IMG/VR virus record: IMGVR_UViG_3300049034_000032
Coordinates: 1 to 40,232 of that record
Strand: one strand, 5' to 3'
From: a virus
Taxonomy: Duplodnaviria; Caudoviricetes
Length of the DNA stretch: 40,232 bases
A program made the translations under genes and the position numbers. The notes beneath the pieces are model-generated. The model did no database searches, was not told the origin of the DNA, and saw only the letters and a list, made by a program, of their open reading frames with translations. Of the stretch, positions 16,416 through 26,268 are shown piece after piece; positions within the stretch are counted from its first letter, which is position 1; every line of letters begins with the position of its first letter.

Positions 16416-16778
16416 ATGAGCACCGCAACGTATCAGCTGGTCGTCGGCGACCGCATCGAGTTCGACGTGAAGTTCACGCTGAACGACGCCGGCGTCGACA
16501 AGCCCTTCGGCATGCGCCTGTCCGCGCGTCGGCAAGAACTGACCGAGCAGGAGCGTGAGCTTGGCGAGCAGGTCAAGGTGCAGGAGTTCCTCGCCGCGCG
16601 CGGCGTGGCGCTGGTCGCCTGGATCGGCAAGCCGCCGCTGCAGGACGCCGACGGCGCCCCCGTGCCGCCCGGCCCCGAAGCGCTGGGCGCGCTGTACCGC
16701 CTGGTGGGCGGCATGGTGTCGCTGGTGTTCGCCGGCTACCTGCAGGCCAACGGCGCGCGCGGCACGTCGGGAAACTGA
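16416..16778 (+). CDS. Tail assembly chaperone (lambda G analogue)
   Basis: Lies between tail tube and tape measure; ends in the slippery sequence G GGA AAC TGA. Confidence 0.8.
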   Translation: MSTATYQLVVGDRIEFDVKFTLNDAGVDKPFGMRLSARRQELTEQERELGEQVKVQEFLAARGVALVAWIGKPPLQDADGAPVPPGPEALGALYRLVGGMVSLVFAGYLQANGARGTSGN

Positions 16779-17191
16779 CGCGGCTGGCGACGCTGCTGGC
16801 CGCCAACGAGATCGACCTCGGCACCCCCGACGATGACCCGTTCGACGACACCCCGACCGACGACCGCGCCGCGGTCGGCCTCGCCCGCCTGGCAGCGATC
16901 GCCAGGCAGCGGGGCGTCGCGCGTGTCGAGCGGCCCGCGTTCGTCCTGCTCCCCGAGAACGTGCCCGTGCTGCGCCTGTGGGGCGCCGTGCAAACCCAGT
17001 GGGCCCACGGCCCTCTCGGGCCCACGGGCTTCCAGTGGCACAGCCTGCGCCTGCACCCCGACGTGCGCGCCATCCCTGCGACCGAGCGCGAGCGCCTGCT
17101 TCAGGGCCTCGCGGTCATGGAGCGCGCCTGGCTGGCGCAACGCCACGTCATGCAAGCCGCCGAGCAGCGCGGCAAGAGCCTAGGAGCCTGA
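16775..17191 (+). CDS. Tail assembly chaperone C-terminal extension (GT analogue), reached by -1 frameshift
   Basis: The -1 frame is open from the slippery site to 17191; PENVPVLRLW...TQW...G pattern. Confidence 0.75.
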   Translation: MTRLATLLAANEIDLGTPDDDPFDDTPTDDRAAVGLARLAAIARQRGVARVERPAFVLLPENVPVLRLWGAVQTQWAHGPLGPTGFQWHSLRLHPDVRAIPATERERLLQGLAVMERAWLAQRHVMQAAEQRGKSLGA

Positions 17192-17194
17192 CGC

Positions 17195-20100
17195 GTGGAC
17201 GACCTCAAGATTCGCCTCGTGCTGGAAGGCGCCGAGCAGGTGCAGACCGGCGCCACCAAGGCCGCCGACGGCCTGAACAAGCTCGGCCAGGCCGGCCAGC
17301 GCGCCGGCCAGCAAGCTCAGCTGTCGGGCCAGCAAATGGCGCAGGTCAGCGCACAGTTGCAAGATCTGTTCGTGCAGATCCAGGGCGGCCAGGCGCCCAT
17401 CACGGCCATCCTGCAGCAGGGGTCGCAGTTGTCGGCGGTGTTTGGCGGCGTTGGCAATGCGGCTCGCGCCGTAGCCTCTGCCATTGGGCCGGTGGGTGCG
17501 GTAGTGGGCATCGCTGCCGGCTCCATCGCGGCGCTGGGGCTGGCCTACAACCAAGGAGCCGAGGAGGCGAAGGCCTACGCGCGGGCGATGATCCTCTCAG
17601 GCAACGCCGCAGACGTTACTGTGGGCCAGCTGCAGGAGATGGCGCGTGCGCAGTCACTGATCGTCGGCACTCAGGGCGAGGCGGCTGCAGCGTTGACCAA
17701 GTTGGCGGCGACTGGCCAAGTCTCTGCGGGCAGCCTTGAGTCGGCAGCCGAGGCGGCAGTCCGCTTCGCGCGTGTCGGCGGCGACATCGACGCGGTCGCG
17801 AAGAGTTTCGCCAAGCTCGGTGGCGCGCCGCTGAAGGGCCTGATTGACCTCAATGAGGCGGAGAACTTCCTGACCGTCTCGGTTTACAGGCAAGTCAAGG
17901 CACTGACAGAGCAGGGCCGTACCGCTGAGGCGGCGGCAGTTGCGCAGCAGGCCTACGCGGCCGCTGTGAACGGGCGAGCACAGCAGTTGGAGCAAAGCCT
18001 TGGCACCGTTGAGCGGGCATGGATGGCGGTGAAGGACTCCGCCAAGCTCGCATGGGACGCGATGCTGAACATCGGTCGCGCGGACACTGGCGCGAGCCTC
18101 GACCGAGAAATCGCGGTGCTGCAACGCCGCCAGCAGATCCTTGCTGGTGGGAACGCGCAGCAGCAGACCGAAGCAATTCTGATCGGCCAGCGCATCGCTG
18201 CCTTGCAGACGCAACGCGACGCGTTGGGCGAGGTGGAACGTGAACAGCGCAGGTACGCTGATATGCAGGCCCAGAGCGCCCGCGCCACCAAGACGGTCAT
18301 CGAGGCCGACGAGAAGGCCGCCGAGGCGGCCAAGAAGCTCGCCCGCTTGCGCGATGAAGAGAACGCTGCCCTTGAACGCGCCGTAGGCCTGTCCGGCAGC
18401 TACCAGAAGGACCTGGCGGAACTGCTCAAGCTGCGCCAGCAGGGACGGCTCACCGAAGAGCAATACATCAAGGCTGTCGAAAACCTCATCAAGGTGCAGC
18501 CGGTGGTGCGCGAGCAGCTGGAAGCCCAGGCCACGGCGCAGAAGAAGGCAGCCGACGCGCTGGACGACCTGCTCAAGGCGGAGCAGCGCCGCGTGGACGC
18601 CTTGTACAAGAGCGCCGAGCAGGCCTCAGCTCAAGTGCTGAAGCTGCAGGAGGAAGAGAAGGGCATCGCCCTGGCCGCGCAGCGCAACATCACGCTCGCC
18701 GAGGCCATCGAGAGGGTCACCATCGCGCGCCTCGAGGAAGTGCACGCCAAGGCCACTGCGCAGAACGATTACGGCGCCGCCGCGGCCTTGCGTGCCGAGA
18801 TCGACGCGCGCGAGAAGCTGGCCACGCTGGTTGGCCGCAAGGAAGCTCGCGAGGCCGCCAAACGCGGCGCCGACGACGCCGCGCGCGAGTGGAAGCGCGT
18901 GACCGCCGACATGGAGCGCACCCTCACCGACTCGCTCATGCGCGGCTTCGAGAGCGGCAAGGGCTTCGCGATCACGCTGCGCGACACCATCGTCAACATG
19001 TTCAAGACGATGGTGCTGCGGCCCGTCGTGCAGGCGGTGGTGCAGCCGGTGTCGAACGCTTTGACTGGCTGGATGCAAGGGCTGCTCAAGTCGGGCGGCT
19101 CTGGCGGGCTGAACCTGGGCCAGTTGATCAGCGGCGTCGGCTCGTTCTTCAACTCGTCGTGGTTGTCGGGCATTGGCGCGAGCATGGGCGGTGCCGCGGG
19201 CGCCACCGGCGCAGCCTCGGCAGCCGCTGGCAGCGCGGGCTTGAGCTCCGCCGCCGCCGCCGGCCCGCTGGCCGCCATGATCGCGATGTTCATGGGTGCG
19301 GCCGACAGCGCCTATGCGAACGGCTTCAACCAGAACAACTTCAGCTACAACAGGGCATGGCTGCAGACGGGCGGCCTGGCGCCGCCCACGGTCAAGTTCG
19401 ACACCAATGCTCTCGTCAAGCTCGGCATCAACGAGCGCCTGGCCAACGTCATCACGGGTGCATCGCTGTGGAGCCGCGCATTCGGCCACAGCAATCCCGA
19501 AGTCCAGGGTACGGGCATTTCCGGCACGGTGAACGCCGGCGGCTTCACCGGTCAGGCCTATGCTGATTGGATAAAGAAGGGCGGCTGGTTCCGGTCGGAC
19601 AAGACCGGCACCGACCGTAGCCCGATCAGCAGCGCGCTGGATGCTGAGCTGGACCGCACCATCGGCGCGGTCTACAAGTCCGCCGCCGAGTACGCCAAGG
19701 TGCTGGGCCTGCCGGTGTCGGCCGTCAACGGCTACGCCGCGCAGTTCAAGGTCGTCTGGGGCAAGACCGAGGAGGAGAACAAGGCCGCTCTCGAGGCTGC
19801 TTTCGCCAACGTGGGCGAGCAGCTGGCCGCGCGCTACGCCACCCAGCTGGCGCCGCTGCAGCGCTACGGCGAGACCCTGGCGGCCACGCTGGCGCGCCTG
19901 TCCACGCTGCAGAACTTCTCGACCGGGCTGAACAGCCTGGGCGGCGTGTTCGGCCGCATCGCGGCCAGCAGCATCACGGCGCGCGAGCACCTCATCGAGC
20001 TGGCCGGCGGCATGGAGGCGCTCAGCCAGCAGGCGCTGGGCTTCGTGCAGAACTACTACAACCGCGAGGAGATCGCCGGCGTCAAGGCGCGTGAGGTGCA

Positions 20101-20515
20101 GGGCGCCTTTGCCGACGCCGGCATCACCGCCGAGGTGAACACGCGCGAGCAATTCCGCGCGCTGGTGGAAAGCCTGGACCCCGGCACCACCATGGGTCGC
20201 GAGCAGCTGGCCGCGCTGCTGAAGTTGCAAGGCAGTTTCGCCACCGTGGCCGACTACCTCAGCGAGACCGGCCTGACGCTCAGCCAGGCCGCCGCCCAGG
20301 CGCCGGCCAACGACATGCTCAGCCCGCTGCTCAGCACGGTGAGCCAGCAGCTGCAGCTGGCCCAGCAGTCGATGGACGCGCAGCACGAGACGCGCGACGC
20401 CACGCTGCTGGTGGTCGATGGCATCCGCGAGCTGATCGCCCTGGCGCAGTCCAACGGCTCGAGCGGCAGCTGGATGCCCGGTTACCGGCAACCCGAAGTG
20501 ACCCTGGCGCGCTGA
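17195..20515 (+). CDS. Tail tape measure protein
   Basis: 1106 aa, Ala-rich and helical; QLQDLFVQIQGGQ...QQGSQL and AWDAMLNIGR lambda-TMP motifs; AGGAG RBS before the GTG start. Confidence 0.95.
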   Translation: MDDLKIRLVLEGAEQVQTGATKAADGLNKLGQAGQRAGQQAQLSGQQMAQVSAQLQDLFVQIQGGQAPITAILQQGSQLSAVFGGVGNAARAVASAIGPVGAVVGIAAGSIAALGLAYNQGAEEAKAYARAMILSGNAADVTVGQLQEMARAQSLIVGTQGEAAAALTKLAATGQVSAGSLESAAEAAVRFARVGGDIDAVAKSFAKLGGAPLKGLIDLNEAENFLTVSVYRQVKALTEQGRTAEAAAVAQQAYAAAVNGRAQQLEQSLGTVERAWMAVKDSAKLAWDAMLNIGRADTGASLDREIAVLQRRQQILAGGNAQQQTEAILIGQRIAALQTQRDALGEVEREQRRYADMQAQSARATKTVIEADEKAAEAAKKLARLRDEENAALERAVGLSGSYQKDLAELLKLRQQGRLTEEQYIKAVENLIKVQPVVREQLEAQATAQKKAADALDDLLKAEQRRVDALYKSAEQASAQVLKLQEEEKGIALAAQRNITLAEAIERVTIARLEEVHAKATAQNDYGAAAALRAEIDAREKLATLVGRKEAREAAKRGADDAAREWKRVTADMERTLTDSLMRGFESGKGFAITLRDTIVNMFKTMVLRPVVQAVVQPVSNALTGWMQGLLKSGGSGGLNLGQLISGVGSFFNSSWLSGIGASMGGAAGATGAASAAAGSAGLSSAAAAGPLAAMIAMFMGAADSAYANGFNQNNFSYNRAWLQTGGLAPPTVKFDTNALVKLGINERLANVITGASLWSRAFGHSNPEVQGTGISGTVNAGGFTGQAYADWIKKGGWFRSDKTGTDRSPISSALDAELDRTIGAVYKSAAEYAKVLGLPVSAVNGYAAQFKVVWGKTEEENKAALEAAFANVGEQLAARYATQLAPLQRYGETLAATLARLSTLQNFSTGLNSLGGVFGRIAASSITAREHLIELAGGMEALSQQALGFVQNYYNREEIAGVKAREVQGAFADAGITAEVNTREQFRALVESLDPGTTMGREQLAALLKLQGSFATVADYLSETGLTLSQAAAQAPANDMLSPLLSTVSQQLQLAQQSMDAQHETRDATLLVVDGIRELIALAQSNGSSGSWMPGYRQPEVTLAR

Positions 20516-20516
20516 C

Positions 20517-20837
20517 ATGGCCTACCCCATCTTGATGATCCTCGAGGAAAGCGAAGCCGCCCGGCAGGGGGGCATCGAGCCCACGCGCGCCACCAACGGC
20601 CTGCTCAAGGTGCGCCGGTTGTACAGCACCGACAAGACCGACTTCATCGTCGTGCACATGCTCACGCGCGAGGAGCGCGACACGCTGATGGCGTTCTACA
20701 ACGCCAACCTCACCGCGCAGTTCGCCTTCCTGTGGCCGGGCGACGGTGCGACGTACACCTGCCGCTTCTCGGCCGCGCCGCAGGTGTGGCGCAAGGGCCT
20801 CTACTACCGCGTCACCGTGCGCCTGGCTGAGGTCTGA
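20517..20837 (+). CDS. Distal tail protein (gpM-like)
   Basis: 106 aa, directly after the tape measure gene. Confidence 0.6.
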   Translation: MAYPILMILEESEAARQGGIEPTRATNGLLKVRRLYSTDKTDFIVVHMLTREERDTLMAFYNANLTAQFAFLWPGDGATYTCRFSAAPQVWRKGLYYRVTVRLAEV

Positions 20838-20841
20838 GGCG

Positions 20842-21351
20842 ATGAAGACCTTGTCTGTCGCCCTGGCTGCCGCGCTCGGTGCGCCCGTGCAGCGCCCGGC
20901 CATCCTGGTGGAGCTGGCGTTCAGCCCGGTCAAACGCTGGAGCAGCTACGCCGAGCTGGCGTGGGACGGCCAGACCTGGCTGAAGGAGGACGTGAGTGTT
21001 GAGTCGCTGGAGGTGGGCGCGCTGACCCTGTCCGGTGCGCTGCGCCTGGGCAATGGCGACGGTGCTGCCGCGGCGCTGGTGCGGGCGCAGGGGGTGCAGG
21101 ACCGCGGCGTGCGCATCTGGGGCTACGACGCCGCGGCGACCGGCGCTGCGGACGTGGTCTGGTTGGCCGACGGCATCTGTGCCGCGGCGCAGATCGGCCC
21201 CGACGCCGTGCGCATCGCCCTGCGCCACCCGAGCGAGTACACGCTGGCGCCGCGCACCTTCGTGAGCGAGGCGGAGTTTGCGCCGCTGTTGCCCGCTGGC
21301 ACGGTGCTCAAGATCAACGGCCAGGCTTACTCCCTGGCGCGCAGGAATTGA
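20842..21351 (+). CDS. Tail tip/hub protein
   Basis: Position in the tail cluster; WDGQTW pattern. Confidence 0.6.
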   Translation: MKTLSVALAAALGAPVQRPAILVELAFSPVKRWSSYAELAWDGQTWLKEDVSVESLEVGALTLSGALRLGNGDGAAAALVRAQGVQDRGVRIWGYDAAATGAADVVWLADGICAAAQIGPDAVRIALRHPSEYTLAPRTFVSEAEFAPLLPAGTVLKINGQAYSLARRN

Positions 21352-21358
21352 AGCTGCT

Positions 21359-24300
21359 ATGGCTCTCGTCACCGACCCGCTCACCATCCCGCCGGCCGGC
21401 ACGCTGAACGGCGTGGGACAGGGGGCCGCCGCGCGCCAGCTGGCAGCCGCCGCCTCGCGCGCCGTTGTGCCGCTCGTCTACGGCGAGGACCGCATCGGCG
21501 GCCTGGTGTTGAACGTGTTGGCTGCGGCGGGCACGCCTGGCACGCTGCTGGTGCAAGTGCTGTGGTGCCACGCCTGCGACAGCATCAACGACATGCGCCT
21601 TGGCGATGAGGCGCTGCCCGCCGGCGTCACGGCCACCCACTACACCGGCGCGCAGACGGTGGAGGACGCCACGCTGGTGGCCGCCTTTGCGGCGCAGGGC
21701 ATCAGCGGCGTGCGACCGCTCACCGGCTATGCATGGAGCCTCATCACCATGCCTGCCGCGCTGTTCAACGGCACGCTCAACTTCACCGCGCGCATCCGCG
21801 GCCGCCGCTGCTATGACCCGGAGTTCGACACCACCGCCGGCGGCGCGGGCCCGCAGCGCCTGGCCGACCCGGCCACCTGGGCCTACAGCGAGGTACCCGC
21901 GGTGTGCTTGGGCGACTTCCTGGCCAGCCCGGTGTATGGCTGCGGCGTCAATGTGGACTGGGCCAGCGTGAAGCTCACCGGCGCGGCGAACCGGGCCATC
22001 GTGCCGGGCTCCAGCGAGCCGCGGCGCGTGATCGGCGTGGCCTTCACCACAGCCTCTGCCGCAACCGATGTGGCCGAAACCCTGCGGGCCTATGCCGGTT
22101 GCTTCCTGCTGCCGGGGCCGGCGGGCGTGCGGCTGCTGGCCGATGCGAACGACGCGCCGGTGGCCACCTACCGCCACTCGCTGGGCGACATCGCCGCCAT
22201 CGACCCGCTGGAGCTGCGCGACCTGGGCCTGGCGCCGACGGCGGTGGAGGTGATCTATACCGACACCAGCGCCATCCCCTGGCGTGACGCATCGGCGCTG
22301 GCGCTGGTGGCTGGCGCCGGCGTCACCAAGCCTTGGCGCCTCAGCCAGGTGCGGCTGCCGGGCATCCATCGCCACAGCCAGGCGCAGCGCGAGGCGGACG
22401 AGCGGCTCAACAAGTTGCTGCTGCATGACGTGACGACGAGCATGGAGGTGTTCGACATCGGCATCCGGCACGACGAAGGCGACATCGTCACCGTCGAGCA
22501 CCCCATCGGCCTGGACATGGTGGCAATGCGCGTCACCCATGTGACGACGCCATCGCCCGGCCGCTGGCGGCTGGACTTGGTGCGCCACAGCGGCGAGGCG
22601 TACAGCGACGGTGTCGTGACGGTGGCGCCCACGGTGGACGGTTCCCGGCTGCTGCCGATCGCGCCGCCATCGGACGTCGCCGGCCTGGCCGGCGTGGTGA
22701 GCAAGGGCATCATCACCTGGACCTGGACGCCGCCGGCCGAGCGCTACTACCTGGAGACGCGGCTGCGCTTGAACGGCGCCGACTGGGCGTCGGCCACGCC
22801 GCTGTGGGCCGGTCGCGGCAGCTCGCTGATCCAGACGGTCGGCGCAGCGGGAACGTACGTCCTGCGCGCGCGGCATGCGGTCATCGACGGCCAGGAGAGC
22901 GGTGGCGTGGCTACGGCCACCGTCATCGTCACGGCCGCCGATCTGGACGCTTCTGCGCTTGACCCTACGCCGCCCCCTCAGCCCGATGATCCGACACTAT
23001 CGGCCGGCTTCGCCACCGTGCTGGTCGAGCAGGCGCCGCCGGCGTACACCGTGGGCCATGGCCACGGCACGACGCGCCTGTATGGCAAGGCCTACACCAG
23101 CGGCGCGCTGCCCGAGTTTGCGGACGCTGAGGTGCTGGCTGAGTTCGCTGGCATCGCCTATGCCCACTCGTGCGGGCTCGGCAAGACGCTGCGGCTGTGG
23201 ATCACTTGGGTGACGAAGGACGGCGTCGAGTCGCTGACGCCGGCGGGCGGCACAAACGGCTTCGCCGTGACGACGGGCAAGGTGGGCCACAGCGACCTGG
23301 CGCCGCTGATCGTCGAGGCCGACAACATCGCCGACGGCACCATCACCACCGGCAAATTGCTGAGCGGTCTGGAGCCCGTCACCGTCTTCACCGGGGGCTC
23401 GCTTCCCGTGACGAAGTCGACCAGCGCGATCTGGTTCGGCAACAAGCTTTATCGCTGGGATGGCGCTGCATACACCGCGGCCGTTCCAACCGGCGACCTC
23501 TCAGGGACCATCAGCGACGCGCAGATTGCCGGTCTGGCCGCCGCCAAGGTCAGCGGCACGCTGACCGATGCGCAGCTGCAGGCAATCTCGGCAGCGAAGA
23601 TCACGGGGCAGCTGACCAATACGCAGATTGCCGACCTCGCTGCAGGCAAGATCACCGGGACACTGATCGACGCTCAGATCGCGGCCGTGGCGGCGGCGAA
23701 GCTAACCGGCCAGATCACTGCGACGCAGATCACCGACGGGGCCATCAGCACGCCGAAGCTGGCGGCCGGCGCGGTGACGGCCAATGAGATTGCCGCCGGC
23801 TCGGTGACCACCGCGAAGTTGGCGGCCGGGGCCGTCACCGCGAATGAGATCGCGGCTGACACGATCACAGCCGCCCAGATCGCCGCCAGCGCGATCACGG
23901 CCACCGAGCTTGCGGCAGGGGCCGTCGTGGCGGGAAAGATTGCCGCGGGGTCTATACAGGCCGGCGACATCGCTGCGGGCGCGATCACGGGCGACCGCCT
24001 GGCTGCCAACACGGTGACGGCATCGCAGATCGCCGCGAACACCGTCACAGCTGGTCAGATTGCCGCCGGGGCGATCACCGCGACGGAACTGGCGGCCGAC
24101 TCGGTGACCGCCGGGAAGATCCAGGCCGGCGCGATCGCCGTGGGCAGCGCGGCCATCGCCGACGGCGCGATTCGGACCGCGCTGATCGAGAACGCTGCAA
24201 TCGACACGGCCAAGATCGCCGACGGGGCCATTGCGACCGCCAAGATCGGCGATGCCGCGATCACGGCCGCCAAGATTGCCGACGCCCAGATCACCACGGC

Positions 24301-24580
24301 CAAGATCGCCGATGCGCAGATCACGGCCGCCAAGATCGTCGACGCCACGATCACGACGGCCAAGATCGCCGACGCCCAGATCACCACGGCCAAGATCGGC
24401 GACGCGCAGGTGACCTCAGCGAAGGTGGGAGTGCTGTCCGCCAACAACCTGACGGTAGGCGCGATCTCGGACACGGTCAACGGTGGCGCGAGCTCTGGCG
24501 CCCGCGTAGATATCGCCGCGAACCTGATCAGGGTCTATGACAGCAGCGGCGTGCTGCGCGTGCGGATCGGGGTTTGGTGA
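21359..24580 (+). CDS. Tail tip / central tail fibre protein (gpJ-like)
   Basis: VPLVYG, FTARIRGRRCYDP, FN3-like segment, long 17-aa and 10-aa repeats, C-terminal IRVYDSSGVLRVRIG. Confidence 0.85.
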   Translation: MALVTDPLTIPPAGTLNGVGQGAAARQLAAAASRAVVPLVYGEDRIGGLVLNVLAAAGTPGTLLVQVLWCHACDSINDMRLGDEALPAGVTATHYTGAQTVEDATLVAAFAAQGISGVRPLTGYAWSLITMPAALFNGTLNFTARIRGRRCYDPEFDTTAGGAGPQRLADPATWAYSEVPAVCLGDFLASPVYGCGVNVDWASVKLTGAANRAIVPGSSEPRRVIGVAFTTASAATDVAETLRAYAGCFLLPGPAGVRLLADANDAPVATYRHSLGDIAAIDPLELRDLGLAPTAVEVIYTDTSAIPWRDASALALVAGAGVTKPWRLSQVRLPGIHRHSQAQREADERLNKLLLHDVTTSMEVFDIGIRHDEGDIVTVEHPIGLDMVAMRVTHVTTPSPGRWRLDLVRHSGEAYSDGVVTVAPTVDGSRLLPIAPPSDVAGLAGVVSKGIITWTWTPPAERYYLETRLRLNGADWASATPLWAGRGSSLIQTVGAAGTYVLRARHAVIDGQESGGVATATVIVTAADLDASALDPTPPPQPDDPTLSAGFATVLVEQAPPAYTVGHGHGTTRLYGKAYTSGALPEFADAEVLAEFAGIAYAHSCGLGKTLRLWITWVTKDGVESLTPAGGTNGFAVTTGKVGHSDLAPLIVEADNIADGTITTGKLLSGLEPVTVFTGGSLPVTKSTSAIWFGNKLYRWDGAAYTAAVPTGDLSGTISDAQIAGLAAAKVSGTLTDAQLQAISAAKITGQLTNTQIADLAAGKITGTLIDAQIAAVAAAKLTGQITATQITDGAISTPKLAAGAVTANEIAAGSVTTAKLAAGAVTANEIAADTITAAQIAASAITATELAAGAVVAGKIAAGSIQAGDIAAGAITGDRLAANTVTASQIAANTVTAGQIAAGAITATELAADSVTAGKIQAGAIAVGSAAIADGAIRTALIENAAIDTAKIADGAIATAKIGDAAITAAKIADAQITTAKIADAQITAAKIVDATITTAKIADAQITTAKIGDAQVTSAKVGVLSANNLTVGAISDTVNGGASSGARVDIAANLIRVYDSSGVLRVRIGVW
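23501..24430 (+). repeat. Coding tandem repeats in the tail fibre: ~4 x 17-aa units, then ~20 x 10-aa (30-bp) units
   Basis: TGTLxDAQIAxLAAAKI units followed by AITAAKIADA-type units; near-identical GGCCAAGATCGCCGACG copies at ~24208-24410. Confidence 0.9.
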
Positions 24581-24861
24581 TGGTGCAGGGAGTCGAGGTG
24601 TACGACGCCAGCGGCAACCTCACGTTGAGCGTCACTGATCGTTTAACCAAGCTTCTAGGAGCCGTCAATGTCTCTTCTTCTGGGTCTCTCACTTTGCCTG
24701 CCGCTCTTGCTGGCAACTCGTATTGGTTCGCGTTTATCCCCTCGACGAGTGGTTTCACGGGTACGCCTCCCGTCATCAGCGTCAGCGGAACGACGCTTAG
24801 CTGGACCTATCCAGCTGGGGCTACGAATCTCAGCGGCACTGTTCATTACGGCATGTATTAG
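24580..24861 (+). CDS. Small tail-tip accessory protein
   Basis: TGATG-coupled to the gpJ-like gene; GVEVYDASG pattern typical of genes following J; lower GC. Confidence 0.7.
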   Translation: MVQGVEVYDASGNLTLSVTDRLTKLLGAVNVSSSGSLTLPAALAGNSYWFAFIPSTSGFTGTPPVISVSGTTLSWTYPAGATNLSGTVHYGMY

Positions 24862-24898
24862 CGCCTGCGGTGGCGGCGGTTCACAGGAGTCTCACGAC

Positions 24899-25573
24899 AT
24901 GCCGGCAGGCTTTCAGATCATCAACGACGGCGGCGTGGTTCAGGTCGATCAGGACTTCAAGAATTACGCCCTCTTTTCCAAAACGACGATCAGCAGCTGG
25001 CCGAGCAACTGGAACTCGGGAACCGGGGCCAGCGTTTACAGCGCAAGTGTCTCCGTCCCCGCCAGCGGCTCCTACGTCATAGCTTTGGTCACGGATTCGA
25101 CGTCCTACGCGTCGGTGATGTACGGCGGCACGGTGATGGCTTACCGGTCAACCTCAGGCCTCCCGTCTGTGACTGCCTATGTATTCGCCGCGCCGGGCGC
25201 CAGTGGCGCGAGCAGCGGGCTGCAGGTGTTCGACGCGGCGGGGCAAGTTGTGTTTGACGCTGCGTTGAAGTACATGCGCGTGGTCTATGCAGGAGCTATC
25301 CCTTCAAGGTCACTGCCAAATGACGTGCCCTACACGTACTCGGGGTTGCCCAGCGGAAGTTACGCAGTCGTCCAGTCGTTCAGCCGTCAGCACTATGTTT
25401 ACAGCCCCGGTGTTCCGGGCTCCTGGCAGGTTTGGAGAGATTTCTACCGGTCTGCTGCCACGGGCTTCGAAGTTCGCAACAGCGGCTTCGCCACGGGCCC
25501 CGGCAACGCAAGCGGCTTTGCGGAGCAGTTGGTCGGCGGGCCCGTGCTCCTCATCGATGTCTCTGGACTCTGA
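24899..25573 (+). CDS. Tail-tip accessory / putative receptor-binding protein
   Basis: AGGAG RBS; MPAGFQIINDGG and internal GLQVFDAAGQVVFD motifs; lower GC. Confidence 0.7.
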   Translation: MPAGFQIINDGGVVQVDQDFKNYALFSKTTISSWPSNWNSGTGASVYSASVSVPASGSYVIALVTDSTSYASVMYGGTVMAYRSTSGLPSVTAYVFAAPGASGASSGLQVFDAAGQVVFDAALKYMRVVYAGAIPSRSLPNDVPYTYSGLPSGSYAVVQSFSRQHYVYSPGVPGSWQVWRDFYRSAATGFEVRNSGFATGPGNASGFAEQLVGGPVLLIDVSGL

Positions 25574-25600
25574 GACGCCCCTGGCTCCTGAAAGGCCTCC

Positions 25601-25999
25601 ATGCCAGAACCCACTTCCACCGCCGTCGCCACGGTCGCGGTGGCCACAGCTACCGTGCCCGCGCTCACCGCGTTCGGTGTGCCATTGGGCCTGCGGCCCG
25701 AGCTGCTGATCGCCGGTTTCGCCGGCGCGCTTGTGGCCATCGTGCTGCTCAATGCGGTGCCATCTACGGGTGACACCTGGCGCGAACTGCTCCGCACCAC
25801 GTCGCGCCGCATCAGCGCGGCCGTGGCCAGCAGTCTGACCGCGGGTTACCTCACGCCCATGCTGGCGGCTGGCGTCACCATCAGCGAGCCGGTGCTGCTG
25901 GGGCTGGCCTTCGCCGCCGGGGCTGGCGCCCAGCAGTTGGTGCGTGCGGCCATTGCGCGGCTTGGCGCCAAGGTGGCCGCCGGGGAGGGCGCTCCGTGA
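25601..25999 (+). CDS. Holin-like membrane protein
   Basis: About three hydrophobic segments; first gene of the lysis cassette. Confidence 0.65.
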   Translation: MPEPTSTAVATVAVATATVPALTAFGVPLGLRPELLIAGFAGALVAIVLLNAVPSTGDTWRELLRTTSRRISAAVASSLTAGYLTPMLAAGVTISEPVLLGLAFAAGAGAQQLVRAAIARLGAKVAAGEGAP

Positions 26000-26268
26000 T
26001 GCTCGTCCTCCACTGGCTCTGCGCCCTCGTCATCCTGGCCGAGGCGCTCAACAAGCTCGACCGCACCGCCCCGCTGCGGCCCGGCCTCGCGCCGCGCGAT
26101 CGGGCCACCGAGTGGCTCAAGGCGGCGGCGTGGCTGCTGCTAGCCCTGGGTGCCGGCGGCGGGCTGGCTGGCCCGCTGCTCCACCAGGCGCCGCCGACGC
26201 TGCCCGACGTGTGCATCGCAGTCGGCTTCGCCGTCCTGATCGTCCGTACCCGTGTCAAGGAGGGCTGA
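25996..26268 (+). CDS. Second holin/antiholin-like membrane protein
   Basis: 90 aa with three hydrophobic segments; between the holin-like gene and the endolysin. Confidence 0.55.
   Translation: MMLVLHWLCALVILAEALNKLDRTAPLRPGLAPRDRATEWLKAAAWLLLALGAGGGLAGPLLHQAPPTLPDVCIAVGFAVLIVRTRVKEG

Noticed and set aside
24180-24430. CRISPR array or DGR template/variable repeat
   Set aside because: These are in-frame coding repeats; no reverse transcriptase and no adenine-specific mismatch pair
25571-25590. Further copies of the cassette motif (GCCCCTG after the tail gene; also ~2213 and ~32468)
   Set aside because: Only 7-9 bp matches with no properly placed partner, as expected by chance at this GC content
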